Shown: piece after piece, positions 34,375 to 48,298 of the stretch
Layout of the letters: every line of letters begins with the position of its first letter
Numbering within the stretch: the stretch's first letter is position 1
DNA from: Azolla caroliniana
Lineage: Eukaryota > Plantae > Polypodiophyta
DNA: 64,000 nucleotides
Direction: 5' to 3'
NCBI GenBank assembly: GCA_043228905.1
Contig: JBHGNT010000015.1
Span: forward strand, 13,330,001 to 13,394,000
Translations under genes and position numbers: made by a program
The notes under the pieces: model-generated
Told to the model about the DNA's origin: nothing
Databases searched by the model: none
The model's input: only the letters and a program-made list of their open reading frames with translations

Positions 34375-35477
34375 TAACGATCACTCTCTACTCATGGTAC
34401 CATTGGGAATGTTTATACATAGATATTTTCAAGAATCAAGATATTTTGTTGTTGTTGTAAAGTAGAAACTGAACTATAGAAAATACTTATACATTCATTA
34501 CTTGGGATGGACCTGGAAACACATTCGTTTCTCCCCATCTTTGTAGAAGGGCATTATGTGAAATAAGAATTGGATTCTTTGGTTAGTTTTTATCTACATA
34601 TTGTGCTTATTGTTGGGTGTTGTCTTGCTGTAGTTGTCAGACATGCACCACCTCCTTATTATCCACTGAGAAACCATGTTGTGGTCACCAAGTGTTGGCG
34701 GCCAAGTTAATCTCATTGTCATGTGTTTCAGTCATGTATATCGGTCATGGACTTTTTCCATGTGTTGCTTTAACAACTACTTGTTGTACATTCTGCAGAT
34801 GCCGAAGTTCGAACATACAATTTATATTGTGAAGTGTCATATGCGTTTCAAAATATACCAAGGAAAAAATGTACAATGTGTGAGATAGATATATTATTAA
34901 CTTCCATGGGAGACAGATATAATCAATGGGATGGAGAAAAGCCTATCTTGATGATTGAATATGGCTTTTGGAAACTTGTATCACTTTGATGCTATGGTGT
35001 AAACCACCAAGGCCAAAACCATAGAAAGAGTGATTAAGTAGATAGATTCTATTATCATCGTTAGAGGTCAAATAGGACTAACATGATTGAACGCATGACA
35101 TTTTCGAGTAATATATGTGGAATTGAGTAGTCTCTCAATAGTCAAGAATATTATGTAGAGTTATCGAAGGAAAGGCATTGTAATAGAGAGATAAATTTAA
35201 ACTTATGACCTTGTCTAGGACCACTATGATCCATGTGACCTAACAATCATTCTAAAGCACTCTCCCCAATCATGGAGGTGGAAGATTTTTAAATGGTAGA
35301 ACAAAAACAAAGAAAATGAAAAACTTAGCTTGTTTTTTTTATTTCATGGTTTGGATCTTGCATGAGGATAGTGCTATGAGTGAATAGATGGGCAAAGAGC
35401 ATTCACCGTGGTGTTGGCAACAATTTTATTTAGGAGTTTTGGAAATCTAATCCAATCTTGTAGGAATTCTTGAAAAA

Positions 35478-35775
35478 TCATGCATGATGTACTTGTATTC
35501 GAGCTATTCCAAATTGTCATTTTCTTCAATTCTTGGTATGATGATGCATTTTAAAGAATCACAAGATTCCTGCCATAAATTTATGTGATTTCCCTTGGCC
35601 TTCTTGTAAAACTCACCCCTCAAGGTTCATGCATGATGTACTTGTATTCGAGCTATATCCCAAATTGACATTTCCTTCAACTCTTGGAATGATGATGCAT
35701 TTTAAAGAATCCCAAGATTCATGCCATAAATTTACTTGATTTCCTTCAACCTTCTTGTAAAGCTCGCCTCTCAAG
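35478..35775. repeat. Tandem duplication, ~149-bp unit x2
   Basis: tcatgcatgatgtacttgtattcgagcta...cttcttgtaaa occurs twice. Confidence 0.85.
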
Positions 35776-36699
35776 CTTCGTGCCAATCTCCATAGAGAAC
35801 GTTCATGATTACATTTTTACCCAATATTTGTGGAAAACCGCTGTGCCAACTTTCGAGTGATAAAAACCCAATCTTTCCTTGAAAACTTGAAAATGGAGTG
35901 TACAAGTATCAATTAAACCATCCCATGTAGAGAGAGAGGGAGATTGAGAGGGAGAGAAAGAAAAAGTGAGAGAGGAGAGGGGAAGAAGAAGAAGAAGAGA
36001 GTTTATTTTTGTTGTTGCGCTCTCTATCGACAGTTGCGGCATTTGGCACAAAGAGAAGCGTTGGAAAGCCCTTGGTTAGAGCTTCGTAACGAGATATAGC
36101 AAGTTTAAATGGGTGGTTTGTACTAGTAGTGGAGATGAAAATAAAGAATCGTGTGTTGTCAACATACACATAGTCAACATGCATTGTGGGTCTCCTACTG
36201 TCTTCTAAGTTCTTCATCTTCGATCTCTTCAATTGGGTGAGTTCTAGTTTTCTCTCTTGCTCATAGAAAATCTTGTTTTAATCTTGGATTGATATCACAT
36301 CAACAATAATGGATATAAACATTAATTCCTCACAAATTATGGGGCACATCGATATGGGAACAATTGATCCAACAAAACGTAATATGATGGTAGAATGTAA
36401 TCATGCAATGGAAGAATTTGGAAGCTCTAAGAGACTTAAAGATATTGAAGAAATCAATGAGAAGAAATTGGCATATGTTGAGGCAATACATGTAGATGAG
36501 GTTGACAAGGATAATCTTAATTGGGATCATTTATTGGGGGATTGCCAATACCTTGTTGCTTGATATTGTGGAAGAAAATGAAAAATGCAACAAAAGAATG
36601 CATCGACGAGGATGTGCATGATGTGGAAGTTGATGCTAAGGTAGTTTTGCAATCTTTTGATGTACATATGATCATGTTGTTATATTACTTTTTACCAGG

Positions 36700-37210
36700 A
36701 AACTCTCGTACATAAGTTGGATTAAACAATGGTTGAACACAATCGTGTCACCGAATTGTGTTGAGAATATATATGCAGGACCATGAGGGTTTTCTGATGT
36801 AGTATTTCATTCCCCTTAACATCAAAGTACATTGTTGGATAAAATTCCCATGTTTTTTGGTGAACGATTAGTGCATGTAATGCAATGGTCCCCCTTGGAC
36901 TACCATGCTTTGTTGAAACAAGAATGTCCTGTTTGCGTAATATTGGATTGTAAGCATGCGTTTTTATGGCCACTTTTACCATAGTTGATGAGTCCAATGG
37001 GTAAAGTGTTGGTATCTCCACATGTAAATGCTACAAATAATTGCATATTTTGTGTGTTATGGGATACAAGTCGTAAGAGAAAAGATGGGTGCGTATGAAC
37101 ACACGTGCTATGAAAAAGACTTTGTTTTAGATTGAAGTGTGAGACATTTTCAAGTCATTGTTTTGGATGTGGTGAATGGGTCACTTTATGGCAAAATTCC
37201 AACATCATTG
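36700..37210 (+). pseudogene. Possible highly degraded LINE ORF1 (zinc knuckle) remnant
   Basis: A CFGCGEW(G)HFMAK-like knuckle across a frameshift at ~37160-37200. The rest is too decayed to read. Confidence 0.35.
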
Positions 37211-37297
37211 TCCTTCAACTTTGGAGGTTCCTAATGAAGGGAATGGTAAAGGAGTTGAGAGAGATGTTGGTATATCATATATTGTGGTTGTTGTCAA

Positions 37298-38225
37298 AGT
37301 TAGTATGTGGAAGCTTTGACAAACCGTTTTACTCGGATAGCAAGAGAAAATCAACACAGGCTTAATGGAAGCTTGAATTACACAGACAGAGAGCGGGAGA
37401 GACAAAGAGAGCAAAACAACATAAACTCAATTCAAAATAATAACACTATGTACATATAGTGTCCTACATAACAGTTTTTATACAAGTCCTTAAAAGGATT
37501 GATAGAAGTACTGACATGTACTTCAATGCTCATACGAGCAATTGTCACTAACTCCTAAAAATATGCCTACGCACTAGGCTAGATTCGTAGGCCTCTAACG
37601 GCCTACTGGTTACAATCCTATCCGGCTCTCTAATCTGGCTCCTAGTTCCGGACACTGATCTGGTTCTTCTTCTGGACTCTAATCCGGCTCTAGCTTGTTT
37701 AGCCAATCCGGATCTGGTTGAGCTTGTCCGCTCAACACTCCCCCTCAAGCTCAACTTGAGGTCGGATCGTGGTGTGCGTGTCTGCCGGTCCTTCCCTCCG
37801 GCTCCTCCTAGCGTCTTCCTGCCTTGCTCGCGCTCTTCGACCCGTCAGGTGCTGCTTCCCACGACCCATCTGGTCCTACGCACCTCGACCTTCTCAGTCG
37901 GCTTGTCTACTCATAAGGCCCATCTCAGCTTTATCGTTGTTGCGACTTCGGCGCTTCTCGACCTATCGATTCCTCCATGTCGGTGTCGACTTCCGCTGCC
38001 TCCTTGTCTGTTTGGCCTTCAGTTGATCCGGCTCCTCCAAATCGAACTCCTCTTTGGAATCGGTTGCCTCTGATTCATTCCAGCTCTTGTCTGAATTGAT
38101 TGTCTCCAATTCGTCTTTAACCTTCAGGCCCTTCACCATGTCGAACCACGTCCGGGTGTTGGCCTTCTCATTCTAGTCGGCTTTGTCCTTCTTGACTCTA
38201 CCGCTGTCATCGCTTGTTCTAACTT
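37298..38225 (-). mobile_element. 3' fragment of a Copia G-family element (LTR ~37298-37737, PPT, 3' extension)
   Basis: Minus strand cctcaagttgagcttgagggggag|tgttgag is identical to 55858-55888. The adjacent sequence is homologous to 55580-55880. Confidence 0.8.
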
Positions 38226-38239
38226 ATTTCTATTTAATA

Positions 38240-39155
38240 CATGACTTGTTATATCATAAGAGAGCAGACAGAATCTGGAATCGATGTGTCCGGGAGGATG
38301 AGAAGCTCGCAGTACTGAGGGAAGCACATTGTGGAATTGTCGGCGGGCATTATGCAGGAGACGTCACAACAAAGAAAGTATGGCAAAGTGGTCTCTAGTG
38401 GCCAACAACATTAAAGGATGCACTCAAGTGTTGTCAGGAATGCGACTTATGCCAACGGATGGGCCAACTGACATCACAAGCACAAATGTTGCACCAATTG
38501 ATTCTGCCCTTAGAGCCTTTTCAGCAATGGCGAATCGATTTCGTAAGGCCGTTCAAGCCGATAGTAACACGAACAAGAAACCACTACATCATCGTCCCAA
38601 CGGATTTCTATACCAAATGGGTGGAAGCAAAAGCCTTACACGACAACAACACGGCTTCAACTACAAAATTTTTGTACGAAAATATTTGGTTCCGGTTCGG
38701 ATGCCCAATCGAACTAGTTAGTGATCAGGGTGGGCACTCCATCAATCAGGTAGTCGAAAGTTTGACATTATTTTTACGCCATCATCCAAAGGAGCACTCT
38801 GTATTACCCGCATGACAACATATTAGCTCAATCCATGAACAAGACACTACAGAACATTTTAAAGAAGATTTTCAACGAAAACCGGATGAACTGGGAGACG
38901 AAGCTGCAAAGCGAGTTGTGGGCATACATGACTAGTTATAAGACAAGTATCCGGTCAACACCATTCCGGATGGCTTTCGGGCTGGAGGCGGTGATGCCCA
39001 TAGAATTCCAAATTCCGATTTTACGGGTGCAGGTATGAGAAAGACTAAGCGAACATGAGTCCGAGCACATCTGACTAGAGAAATTACTGGAACTAGAAGA
39101 ACATCGACTACAGAGCATAATGCACTTGGAATTGGAACAACGACGAGAAAAAGCG
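38240..39155 (+). pseudogene. Gypsy integrase remnant J (A-like family), continuing at 57677-~58090
   Basis: EAHCGIVGGHYAG...TKWVEAKAL...SDQGGH, homologous to 11300-12100. The reading EKA|FMDRH is split by Copia F. Confidence 0.85.
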
Positions 39156-41988
39156 TGTTGGGAAACCAGTCCCTCCAGATGGGATCTGAATGAGAACCGA
39201 ACGAGCCGGATCACACGAGTCGAAGGAAGGAATCGGACCGAATGGATCCGGAAGGTATCTGGTCGAACATATTAGTAAATATGCTCCAATGTGACTATTG
39301 AGGTCATATTTGTAAATATCCCTAAAGGTATATAAGTATTAATATAACTAGGGCAATCATTTGTATGTAAGTGTGTTATCATTCTTATTGTTGTACAGAG
39401 AGATACAACAGAAAGAATCTGTTGTATCCGCCGGTTGGCGAAGGTAGAGCTCGAGGTCGTTGCCTCTGAGTCTCACATTGTAGTGCCTCTTCTCTATAGT
39501 CTGAGAACTCCTGTGGTTTTGCCTCTCGAGGTTTTCCACGTAAACATCCAATGTCGTCTCATTTGTCTGTCTAAGTGCATTGTTCCTACTTTCTATTTAA
39601 TCTTCCATTTGTATTTGATACTCGATTGTGGCCGAGCGTGTTTCTCTACAAAGCCATATCAGAGTGAAGTTCTAAACTTCAAACAAATGAAGAAAACGGA
39701 ATAGTCATTCAGTGGCATGTTCAGGCTCGCCTGCTCCAACTACCCAGTGTGGAAGTCGAAGGTGAGGGACATGCTAGTGGTTAAAGATCTTTGGTTGTCG
39801 GTACAGTGGCATGTTCAGGCTCACCTACTCCAACTACCCAGTGTGGAAGTCAAAGGTGAGGGACATGCTAGTGGTTAAAGATCTCAGGCTGCCGATACGG
39901 TTTGGAGATAAAAGACTCGACAAGATCGATGTCGCAACCTAGGAGGTAATGCATATGAAGACAACGGCATACATAAGATGCTTCATCAACATGAGTCTGT
40001 ACAAAAACTTCAATGAAGAGAACAAGGCCCATGAGTTCGGGGAGAAGATTGGCACAATGTTGGAGAACAAGAATGTCATAAATCGAGTCTCAGTATTCCG
40101 AAAGATAATGAGGCTCCCTGTCACAGACATAACAATAATCAAGTCAAGATTCGAACTCTTCACCTCTTGTATATAGTCAAGTGTTATATTCTAACCAACA
40201 CATCCAAATACATGATCATATTATTTATATGTTAGTAGATTATTAGTAGATTATTTATTCCAAGTTCTAGGACTATTTAGAAGCTTCCACAAGCTTCTAC
40301 ATGAAAATGGGTCGATGCATAAAACTACATGTAGAGGCCACAAACATGTATAAATACTTGTAACTTCCTTGATCCCTTTCAAGGGATTCAACGCCAGTCA
40401 CTGACATAGCAATCTAGTTTTCCTCGTTTCATGGCATATTGTCTCCTTAATCTTCATATTTGTTTTCATTTTTGTGTCCCAGTTCCTAGTGAGGACCGCA
40501 CATGGTCGCTCACGCCCGTTCGTGTCCTAGTTCCCGATAATGATCGCACATGATAGCTCGGTCGCTCACGCTCGTTGGTGTCCGTGTCTTCGGTTAGGAC
40601 TGCATATGGTTGCTCACGCTCGTTGGTGCTTCAATTCCCGGTGTCGTGAAGATTTTCGGCAATGGTGTGAAAATCACATAAGACGTACGAAATCAAGTGT
40701 CAAATCATATAAAACAATAATAGTGAAAATACTAATTCTAAGTTTAATATCTTAGTACAAAAGACGAAGATCTTGAAGAGATGCACTTTACTACATAAGA
40801 AACGAACATCTAAGTGTCAACTTATGTGGGTAAGAAGTTGGGAAAGAAAAAGAGAAAATTGTGAGATATTCCACATAGATAGGACGAATAAGGCTCTCAC
40901 CATATATAAGGTAGACCAAAAGTTATTATCTTTGTGTCTATGTGTGGAGCATAGAGAGTTTAGGGTAACTTGAACTAAGAGTGGAGGTGGCCTAGCCACT
41001 TGTAAAGGTTTTGGCCAACCAAAACGGAATTGGACGGTAACCGGCGATCGGTGATCCGACGGAATTGGCATCCGACGTAGCCGGTGTTCCGGCGGTATCG
41101 GCATCCAATGGGCCGGCGAGGCGGTGGTGATCCGGCATCCGGCGACCATATTAATAAATAAATATATATATATATACAAGGAGGGCAAGTAATTATTCGA
41201 ACCTTGCAACTCATAGTTAAGAGTCAATAGACTTACCACTAAGCTATGACATTTTCTTGAAATAATATTTTTATCATTGTAACTCTACATGTAAATTCTC
41301 ATACGTGAGAGCTAAAATGAGTGACGTGGTTATCATGCACCACATGTAATACATGAGCGCCAAATGGTAAACATGCATTTTATGCATGTCTTGAACCCTC
41401 AAATGCATGAGGGCACCTATAAAAGAGGGGATGAAAAAGATCAAAGGGGATTTTTTAACTAATGTAAAATTCTTATCAAGAGCTTTGTACTTTATATCAA
41501 AATTAATATTAAGAAGAAAATTCGTTATCCTTGTGATGATATACCTTGTTCTTCAAATCTAAAGTTAAGAATTCAATCTTAATCTCTCTCAATCTAAATC
41601 AAGCGTTCTATTTTATCTCAATCTCTCTCTCTCTCTCTCTTCCAATCTATCTTAATTCCTTTCTCGCTAAATCTTGTGCAAACTTCGAGTCCTTCCGGTC
41701 CAGAACCCCGGCGGTTCCGCCTCGCGATCCGCGCATAGTGACTGATCTTCACGACATAATTAAGTGGTGAACCCGACGTGAAAGAGGCGGCAGGAAGGAT
41801 CAAATCGAGGATCAACCAATACTTGGAGATGGCGTCCTCAAGCAATCAAGCAGGAGACTTCAAAAGGATGATGCTAATCGTCGAACAAATGATGAGAGCG
41901 TGGAGAAGGCTGTCGACCGTGTCGTTGAGCTCGAGGTCAATTCGATGGAAGGAACATTACGAAGTTCCTTGATGCATATAGAAGGGAG

Positions 41989-43344
41989 ATGAATCAAAGG
42001 GACGTGTCCGAAGCATGTCAAATCGCAAACTTCAAGAGAGTGGTCGCCAACAACATCCAAAGGCACGTCATCGAGCTTCAAGAAGGTAAGACAACATGGT
42101 CCGAGTTCGAGAAAGCGATATTAGAGAAGTTCGCGACTGAAGACTCGACGAGGATGACTCGACATGTCCTCATGAAATGGATAGAGAAGAAAAATAAGAA
42201 GATGAGCGTCTCAAGGGTGTATGATGAGTTCAACCAAATGTTTAGTCGTTTCCCCAACATGGACCAAGTGCTACTTGAGGAAGACAAAACTTTATACTTC
42301 TTGAAAGTTGTGGACATGAAGGATAGACGAGAGTTGGGGACTCTCCTCGAAGATGATACCCAAGCAAACGGGCTTGTGGCAGACTGGGTTGCGGTGAAGC
42401 AAGCATGCAACAAGATCGATAAGCGTCATCGATGGCTCCATGATATTGACTTGGTAAGACCAAGCGTAGAAAAATCAAGACCACCTAAAGAAGTTGAGAC
42501 GCCTAAACAACGCATCCTACATGAAAAGAAGATTGATGATGACTCGAGGACGATAACGACCATTTCAAAGGAGGTCGAATGTTTCGGAACATGCATTGAG
42601 TTCGAAACAACAGATGATGGAACAAGCCAAATCGAAGCTTGCATGAATGGAGATAAAGAGAGCGAGGCTAGTGTAATTGAGGATCTAGCCGCTAAAGACG
42701 ACATCGAGGAGGTGACTATAAACAAGATAACAAGCATCAACAACGACCATGGCCGGATTTTCTCCACACATGCTCCAGAGACTTGGGCAGTTGCATCAAA
42801 GAACCAACATGAGACCCAAGAGACGGAAGGTGTCGGTGAGGAGCCAAAGGTCGAAAAGAATACATGGGACAAAGAGAGAAGGATAATCGAAGCTTGTTCG
42901 ATCAAGAAGGTCAATGGGTACGAGGCCCATGAGATTGAAGAGATAGCCACGAAAAACGACATCGAGTCGGAGATGGCTATGAGCGAGTCGATGGCGGATG
43001 GTCATGTGGAGACTTTCCCAACACTTCATCTAGAGACTTGGGCAGTTGTGTCCGAGAACCAACGTGAGACCCAAGAGACGGATGGTGGCGAAAAGGAAGA
43101 GAAGGACCAAGATAATACCGCCAATGATGACGGCCAAATTTTCTTCACACTTGGGCAATTGCGTCCAAGAACCAATGTAAGACCCAAGAGACGGAAGCTG
43201 ACGACTGGAAATCGAAGGACCGAAACTACAATGAGGATGGCCACAGACGAAGGAATCCCTCCACACGGGTTCTGGAGACTTCGGCAGTTGTGCCCAAGAG
43301 CGAACATAAGACCGGAGAGATGGAAGGTGGCGGCGAGGAGATGA
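41989..43344 (+). CDS. Gag-like protein with an acidic, internally repeated C-terminus (element D)
   Basis: N-terminal half aligns to C Gag (FATEDSTRMTR...MKDRRELGTLLEDD). No zinc knuckle. The true start (~41829) is separated by a frameshift. Confidence 0.75.
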   Translation: MNQRDVSEACQIANFKRVVANNIQRHVIELQEGKTTWSEFEKAILEKFATEDSTRMTRHVLMKWIEKKNKKMSVSRVYDEFNQMFSRFPNMDQVLLEEDKTLYFLKVVDMKDRRELGTLLEDDTQANGLVADWVAVKQACNKIDKRHRWLHDIDLVRPSVEKSRPPKEVETPKQRILHEKKIDDDSRTITTISKEVECFGTCIEFETTDDGTSQIEACMNGDKESEASVIEDLAAKDDIEEVTINKITSINNDHGRIFSTHAPETWAVASKNQHETQETEGVGEEPKVEKNTWDKERRIIEACSIKKVNGYEAHEIEEIATKNDIESEMAMSESMADGHVETFPTLHLETWAVVSENQRETQETDGGEKEEKDQDNTANDDGQIFFTLGQLRPRTNVRPKRRKLTTGNRRTETTMRMATDEGIPPHGFWRLRQLCPRANIRPERWKVAARR

Positions 43345-44584
43345 GGATCGAAGCCAACCCATACGGAGGAACGGCGGCCAAACAACACGCCAAAAACAAA
43401 GCTACAATAGAGTTCGATGAAGAGCCAGATAGTGGCAAGAAAGGAAGAACCGGAATACAATTCGGATGGAAAATGACACGGTTGGTATTCCTACCCGAAC
43501 GAGAGTTGATTAACCGGTGCTGACCCAACCGAAAACTGGATGTAAACTGACTTGGACGAAAGTCGATTGTCTGAGTCCGATTCGGCTGAATGCGAATCTG
43601 GACGAAGGCCGACCAAGCCAGAAGCTGATTGGTCGAGACAAACAGAAGATGAACCGGCCTAGGCGGAGGTCGAAGCATAAGAGCCGTGACACCCGGTCGA
43701 GGCTAGTGAGCATAAGGAAAGGCAAGCATGAGACAAGAACTGATGATAAAGGAAAGTTAGGTGACCAAGGAGATGGCCGAGATGAAGGTGGAACATTCAT
43801 GAAACTTAAATGATTATCCTCAAGAAGAGAGCAAGGGGCCATGACAACAAGTCATGGTAAAGCGAAGAAAAATGAATGATATGGTGGATTGGGTGGCAAC
43901 AATGATTCGAGTACAAAGAAACAGACATGCTCGATGTTGAGGAGTCATGTTGATCACCATTGCCGAAATCTCACATTCTCTTGGCACGTACCGAAGGACG
44001 TGCGGTTTGGTGGGGGTGGATGTCGTGAAGATTTTCGGCAATGGTGTGAAAATCACATAAGATGTACTAAATCAAGTGTCAATCATATAAAACAATAATA
44101 GTGAAAATACTAATTCTAAGTAAGTTTAATATCTTAGTACAAAAGACGAAGATCTTGAAGAGATGCACTTTACTACATAAGAAACGAAAATCTAAGTGTC
44201 AACTTATGTGGGTAAGAAGTTGGGAAAGAAAAAGAGAAAATTGTGAGATATCCCACATAGATACGACGAACGAGGCTCTCACCATATATAAGGTAGACCA
44301 AAAGTTATTATCTTTGTGTCTATGTGTGGAGCATAGAGAGTTCAAGGTAACTTGACTTAAGAGTGGAGGTGACCTAGCCACTTGTAAAGGTTTTAGCCAA
44401 CCAAAACGGAATTGGACGGTAATTGGTGATCGGTGATTCGGTGGAATCGGGAGCCGGCGAGGCGGCGACGGTGTTCCGGCAGTATCGGCATCCGATGGGT
44501 TGGCGAGGCGGCGGCGGAGCCGGTGATACGGCATCCGACGACCAAATTAATAAATAAATATATATATATATATATATACAAAGA

Positions 44585-44653
44585 GGGCAATTAAGGATTC
44601 GAACCTTGCAGCTCCTAGTTAAGAATCAATAGACTTACCACTAAGCCATGACA
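44585..44653 (-). other. Antisense tRNA(Lys)-like Pol III cassette in the D LTR (other copy ~41184-41251)
   Basis: Minus strand TGGCTTAGTGGTAAG (A box)...TTCTTAA/CTCTTAA (Lys-CUU-like loop)...GGTTCGAATCC (consensus B box). Confidence 0.7.
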
Positions 44654-47600
44654 TTTTCTTGAAATAATATTTTTATCATTGTAACTCTACATGTAAATTC
44701 TCATACATGAGAGCTAAAATGAGTGACGTGGTTATCATGCACTACATGAAATACATGAGCGCCAAATGGCAAACATGCATTTTATGCATGTCTTGAACCC
44801 TCAAATGCATGAGGGCACCTATAAAAGAGGGGATGAAAAAGATCAAAGGGGATTTTTTGACTAATGTAAAATTCTTATCAAGAGCTTTGTACTTTATATC
44901 AAAATTAATATTAAGAAAAAAATTTGTTATCCTTGTGATGATATACCTTGTTCTTCAAATCTAAAGTCAAGAATTCAATCTAAATCAAGCGTTCTTCATT
45001 TGTGCTTCGTCGTAGTCCAGGGTTGGAGTGTCTGTGACACTCCCGATATTAGGATGGTGCCAGTATGGCAGAGCATATGAACGCCTTCCAAGAGCTAATA
45101 AACCAGACTACCTTGCTCGAAGTACCTATAGCTAACGAGGTACTGGCATTGTTGTTGTTAGGATCCCTTCTGGATAGCTGGGAGACGTTGGTTGTCACTT
45201 TGGGCACTTATCCCTGGTGAGAGTAAAGTGGAGCCTAATAAATGAAGAAGCTCGCCGGAAGGACTAGGAGTCTGGAACCGATCAAAGGCCTTGGTCACGG
45301 AAGACGACAATAATCGAGGAAGGGGCCGGAATTGAAGTCCCCAAAACCGAGATAAGTCGGGGACAAGGTCGAAGTCAAGGAGGAAGCCTACTTGTTTCTA
45401 TTGCTGGAAACCAGGGCATTTCCAAAAGAATTGCGAACAATTCTGGAAAGCCAAAGGGGGAGTCGACAGTCCAAAACTGAAGAAGATTTCGGAAAGGAGA
45501 CGAACGTTGGCAATCACGACAAGCGAAGAGGAATTGTTACTAATTCCCGAGGAGAGTGAGCTACACCTTGTCAACGATGAATCAACATGGGTGGTCAACT
45601 CTGGAGCGTCATTCCATTTAACCCTTGACCGGAAGTGCTTCTCATCCTACAAAGCTGGAGATCACGGTTGTGTAAGGATGGGGAATGAAGGACCATGCCG
45701 AATTGTCGGCATAGGATATGTGTGTTTGACTACATCAACCAGGTGCAAACTACTATTGAGAGAAGTGCACCATGTTCCAAAGGTTCGACTGAACCTGATA
45801 TCAGTCGGTCAGCTGGATGGTGAAGGTTACTTGAGTAGCATCCGGAACGGCACAATGAAGTTTTGCTGAGGAAGCCTGATTGTGGCCCGAGCCCAGAAGA
45901 TCAACGCATTGTACCTGATGCATGCCAGGATATGCCGGGAGGAAGTGAACATGGCATCCGACACTACCAGTGAGTTGTGGCACAAGAGGATGTGCCACAT
46001 TAGCCAAAAAGGGATGAGAAGACTTGCCGACAACAACCTCATTCCGGAGGTAAAGAGCGTGCAACTTGAGAAGTGCACCCATTGTTTGGTAGGCAAGCAG
46101 AACAAAACCTCTTTCCAATCGAGACCACCGATGAGACAGAAGGCATTGCTTGAGCTCGTGCATACCAATGTATGCTCCGTGGACACGAAGTCACATGCCG
46201 AACCGTAGTACTTCGTGACGTTCATAGATGACCACAACCGGAAGTTGTGGGTATCCACGCTGAAGACGAAGGACCAGGTATTATCTATCTTCAAGGAGTT
46301 TCATGCGAGAGTAGAAAGAGAAACCGGTCGGAAACTGAAAGCAGTTCAAGCGGACAACGGAGGCAAATACCGGGGGTAGTTCGAGGAGTAGTACTGATCA
46401 AAGGGAATACAACTCGAATTCACCATGCCGAAGACATCGGAGTTGAACAGACTGGCCGAGAGAATGAACCAGACCATAATGGAGAGAGTCAGGAGTATGC
46501 TTGCACATGCCAAGTTGTTTGAGACCTTTTGGGTTGAGGCACTGATGACGGCGAGGTATGTGATAAACAAATCGCCCTCAATGCCCTTAGATGGAGACAC
46601 ACCACAGAGAGTATGGACCGGTAAAGTTGTTTCTTATCGGCATCTAAAAGTGTTTGGTTGTCTCGCATACATGCACATCACAAAGGATAAACGAGGAAAA
46701 TTGGACCCGAAAACTCGACCATGTATATTCCTTGGATACAGTGATGATGAGTTCGGCTACCGACTATGGAGCCTAGCCGAGAAGAAAGTGATTTAGAGTA
46801 GGGAGATAGTCTTCATAGAAGACAAGACGATAGCCGACGGGGAACCGGAGAAGAAGATAACATCCTCCAAGTCAACCGACAGAGATCAGTTGGAAGATTC
46901 AAGGATCCATCTGGTCAAAAGCCGAATATCAACCAAAGACCATAGTGAACCTGTCGGACTCGGACAAAGAACCGAACCAATCGAAGAAGGATCAGACGTC
47001 AAAACCGGACAAGACCCCGAATCGGATTCGAATGAAGAATTGACTGAAGAACCGGTGGCCGAAAGTCAAGGACATAGATACCCTCTAAGAGAGAGAAGGC
47101 CCCCCCGGAGATTTTCCGAATGTTAAGCATGTTTTACCTCTTAGAAATCGACCAGCCACAATTGGTTACACGTTCGTATTCGGCTACAGAAAACAAGAGA
47201 GATAATACACGGACAGAAAAACATGAAGACAAAAAACAAGTATAGAGAGACACCGGATGTTTAAAATGGAAACCCAAACTAGGAAAACCAAGTGGAGTCC
47301 ACAAACTCCAAACATATCACTATGGTAGGGAAGAAGTACAATGAGGAACTCGGAGGCAACGACCTCGAGTTCTCCTTCGTCTGATATAGGGAAAAACCAG
47401 AACAACATGGAGTAGTCGCAACAGGAGACGACACTCCGCATCCGATTGTACATGTCGATGAAGTTCCCCTCAGCCACGTCGGGCAAAAAGGGAAGTTAAT
47501 GAACTTGTTACATGTCCCAACAATTACGAAGAATCTGGTGTTGGTCGGACAGATAGTCAACCAAGGGATGCAAGTCCGGTTCACGCATCTCGGGTGCTTC

Positions 47601-48298
47601 ATCGAGGAAGAAGGCCAAGTTATTGCACAAGGGCGCAAAGATGGGAGGATGTTCATCCTCGACACCAATGACGTAGGCACCGCCATGTTCGCAAAAGGAC
47701 AAAAAGTCGAGTTGGATATCGACTTGTGGCATAAGCGGATAGGCCACGTTAACTACCAAAGGCTTCAGGACCTGCAATCGAAACAAGTTGTGTTCGGATT
47801 GCCGAAATTCAGTGGTCGAAAGACCCAGATTTGTGTCGCCTACTAGCTAGGGAAGCAACACCAACTTCCTTTCCCAAACGAGCGTAATCGGAGTCGAAAT
47901 AAGCTCGACCTGATACATTCAGATGTATGGGAACCGGCACAGAATGTGAGTCTTGGCGGGAGTCGATATTTCGTCTCCTTCATCGACGACTACACCCGAC
48001 ACACATGGATCTACCTCATCGAAAAGAAGAGTGAAGTCTTCGATTATTTCCGGAACCTCAAAAATCTTGTCGAAAAGGAAATAGAGAGGAAGATCAAGTG
48101 CCTGCAGTCGGATGGCGAAAAAGAGTACTTTTCCGGCCAATTCAACAGTTATTTGCAACAAACGAGAATTCGGCACGAATTCAGTTGCAGGTATACGCCG
48201 GAGCAAAAAGGCGTAGCCGAAAGGAAGAATTGGTCGGTTGTGGAAGCGGTGCAGGAAATGCTGGAAGAAAAGAGCATGCCCAAGTTCTATTGGACGCA

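Larger units (their letters stand above)
40642..44995 (+). mobile_element. Non-autonomous gag-only tRNA-Trp-primed Gypsy element D
   Basis: 5' LTR 40642-41756 (tgtcgtgaaga...tcttcacgaca). 3' LTR 44021-~44995 is truncated at its 3' end. Trp PBS at 41765-41782; PPT-like ggtttggtgggggtgga. No PR, RT or INT. Confidence 0.9.
40119..45039. mobile_element. Solo LTR E inserted in F gag and interrupted by D
   Basis: Perfect 11-bp terminal inverted repeats tgtcacagaca/tgtctgtgaca. TSD CTCCC at 40114-40118 and 45040-45044. Internal gctcacgc repeats at 40504-40630. Confidence 0.82.

Noticed and set aside
39710-39885. Duplicated ~94-bp block at the start of F gag as a regulatory repeat
   Set aside because: Most simply a local tandem duplication in a dead element.
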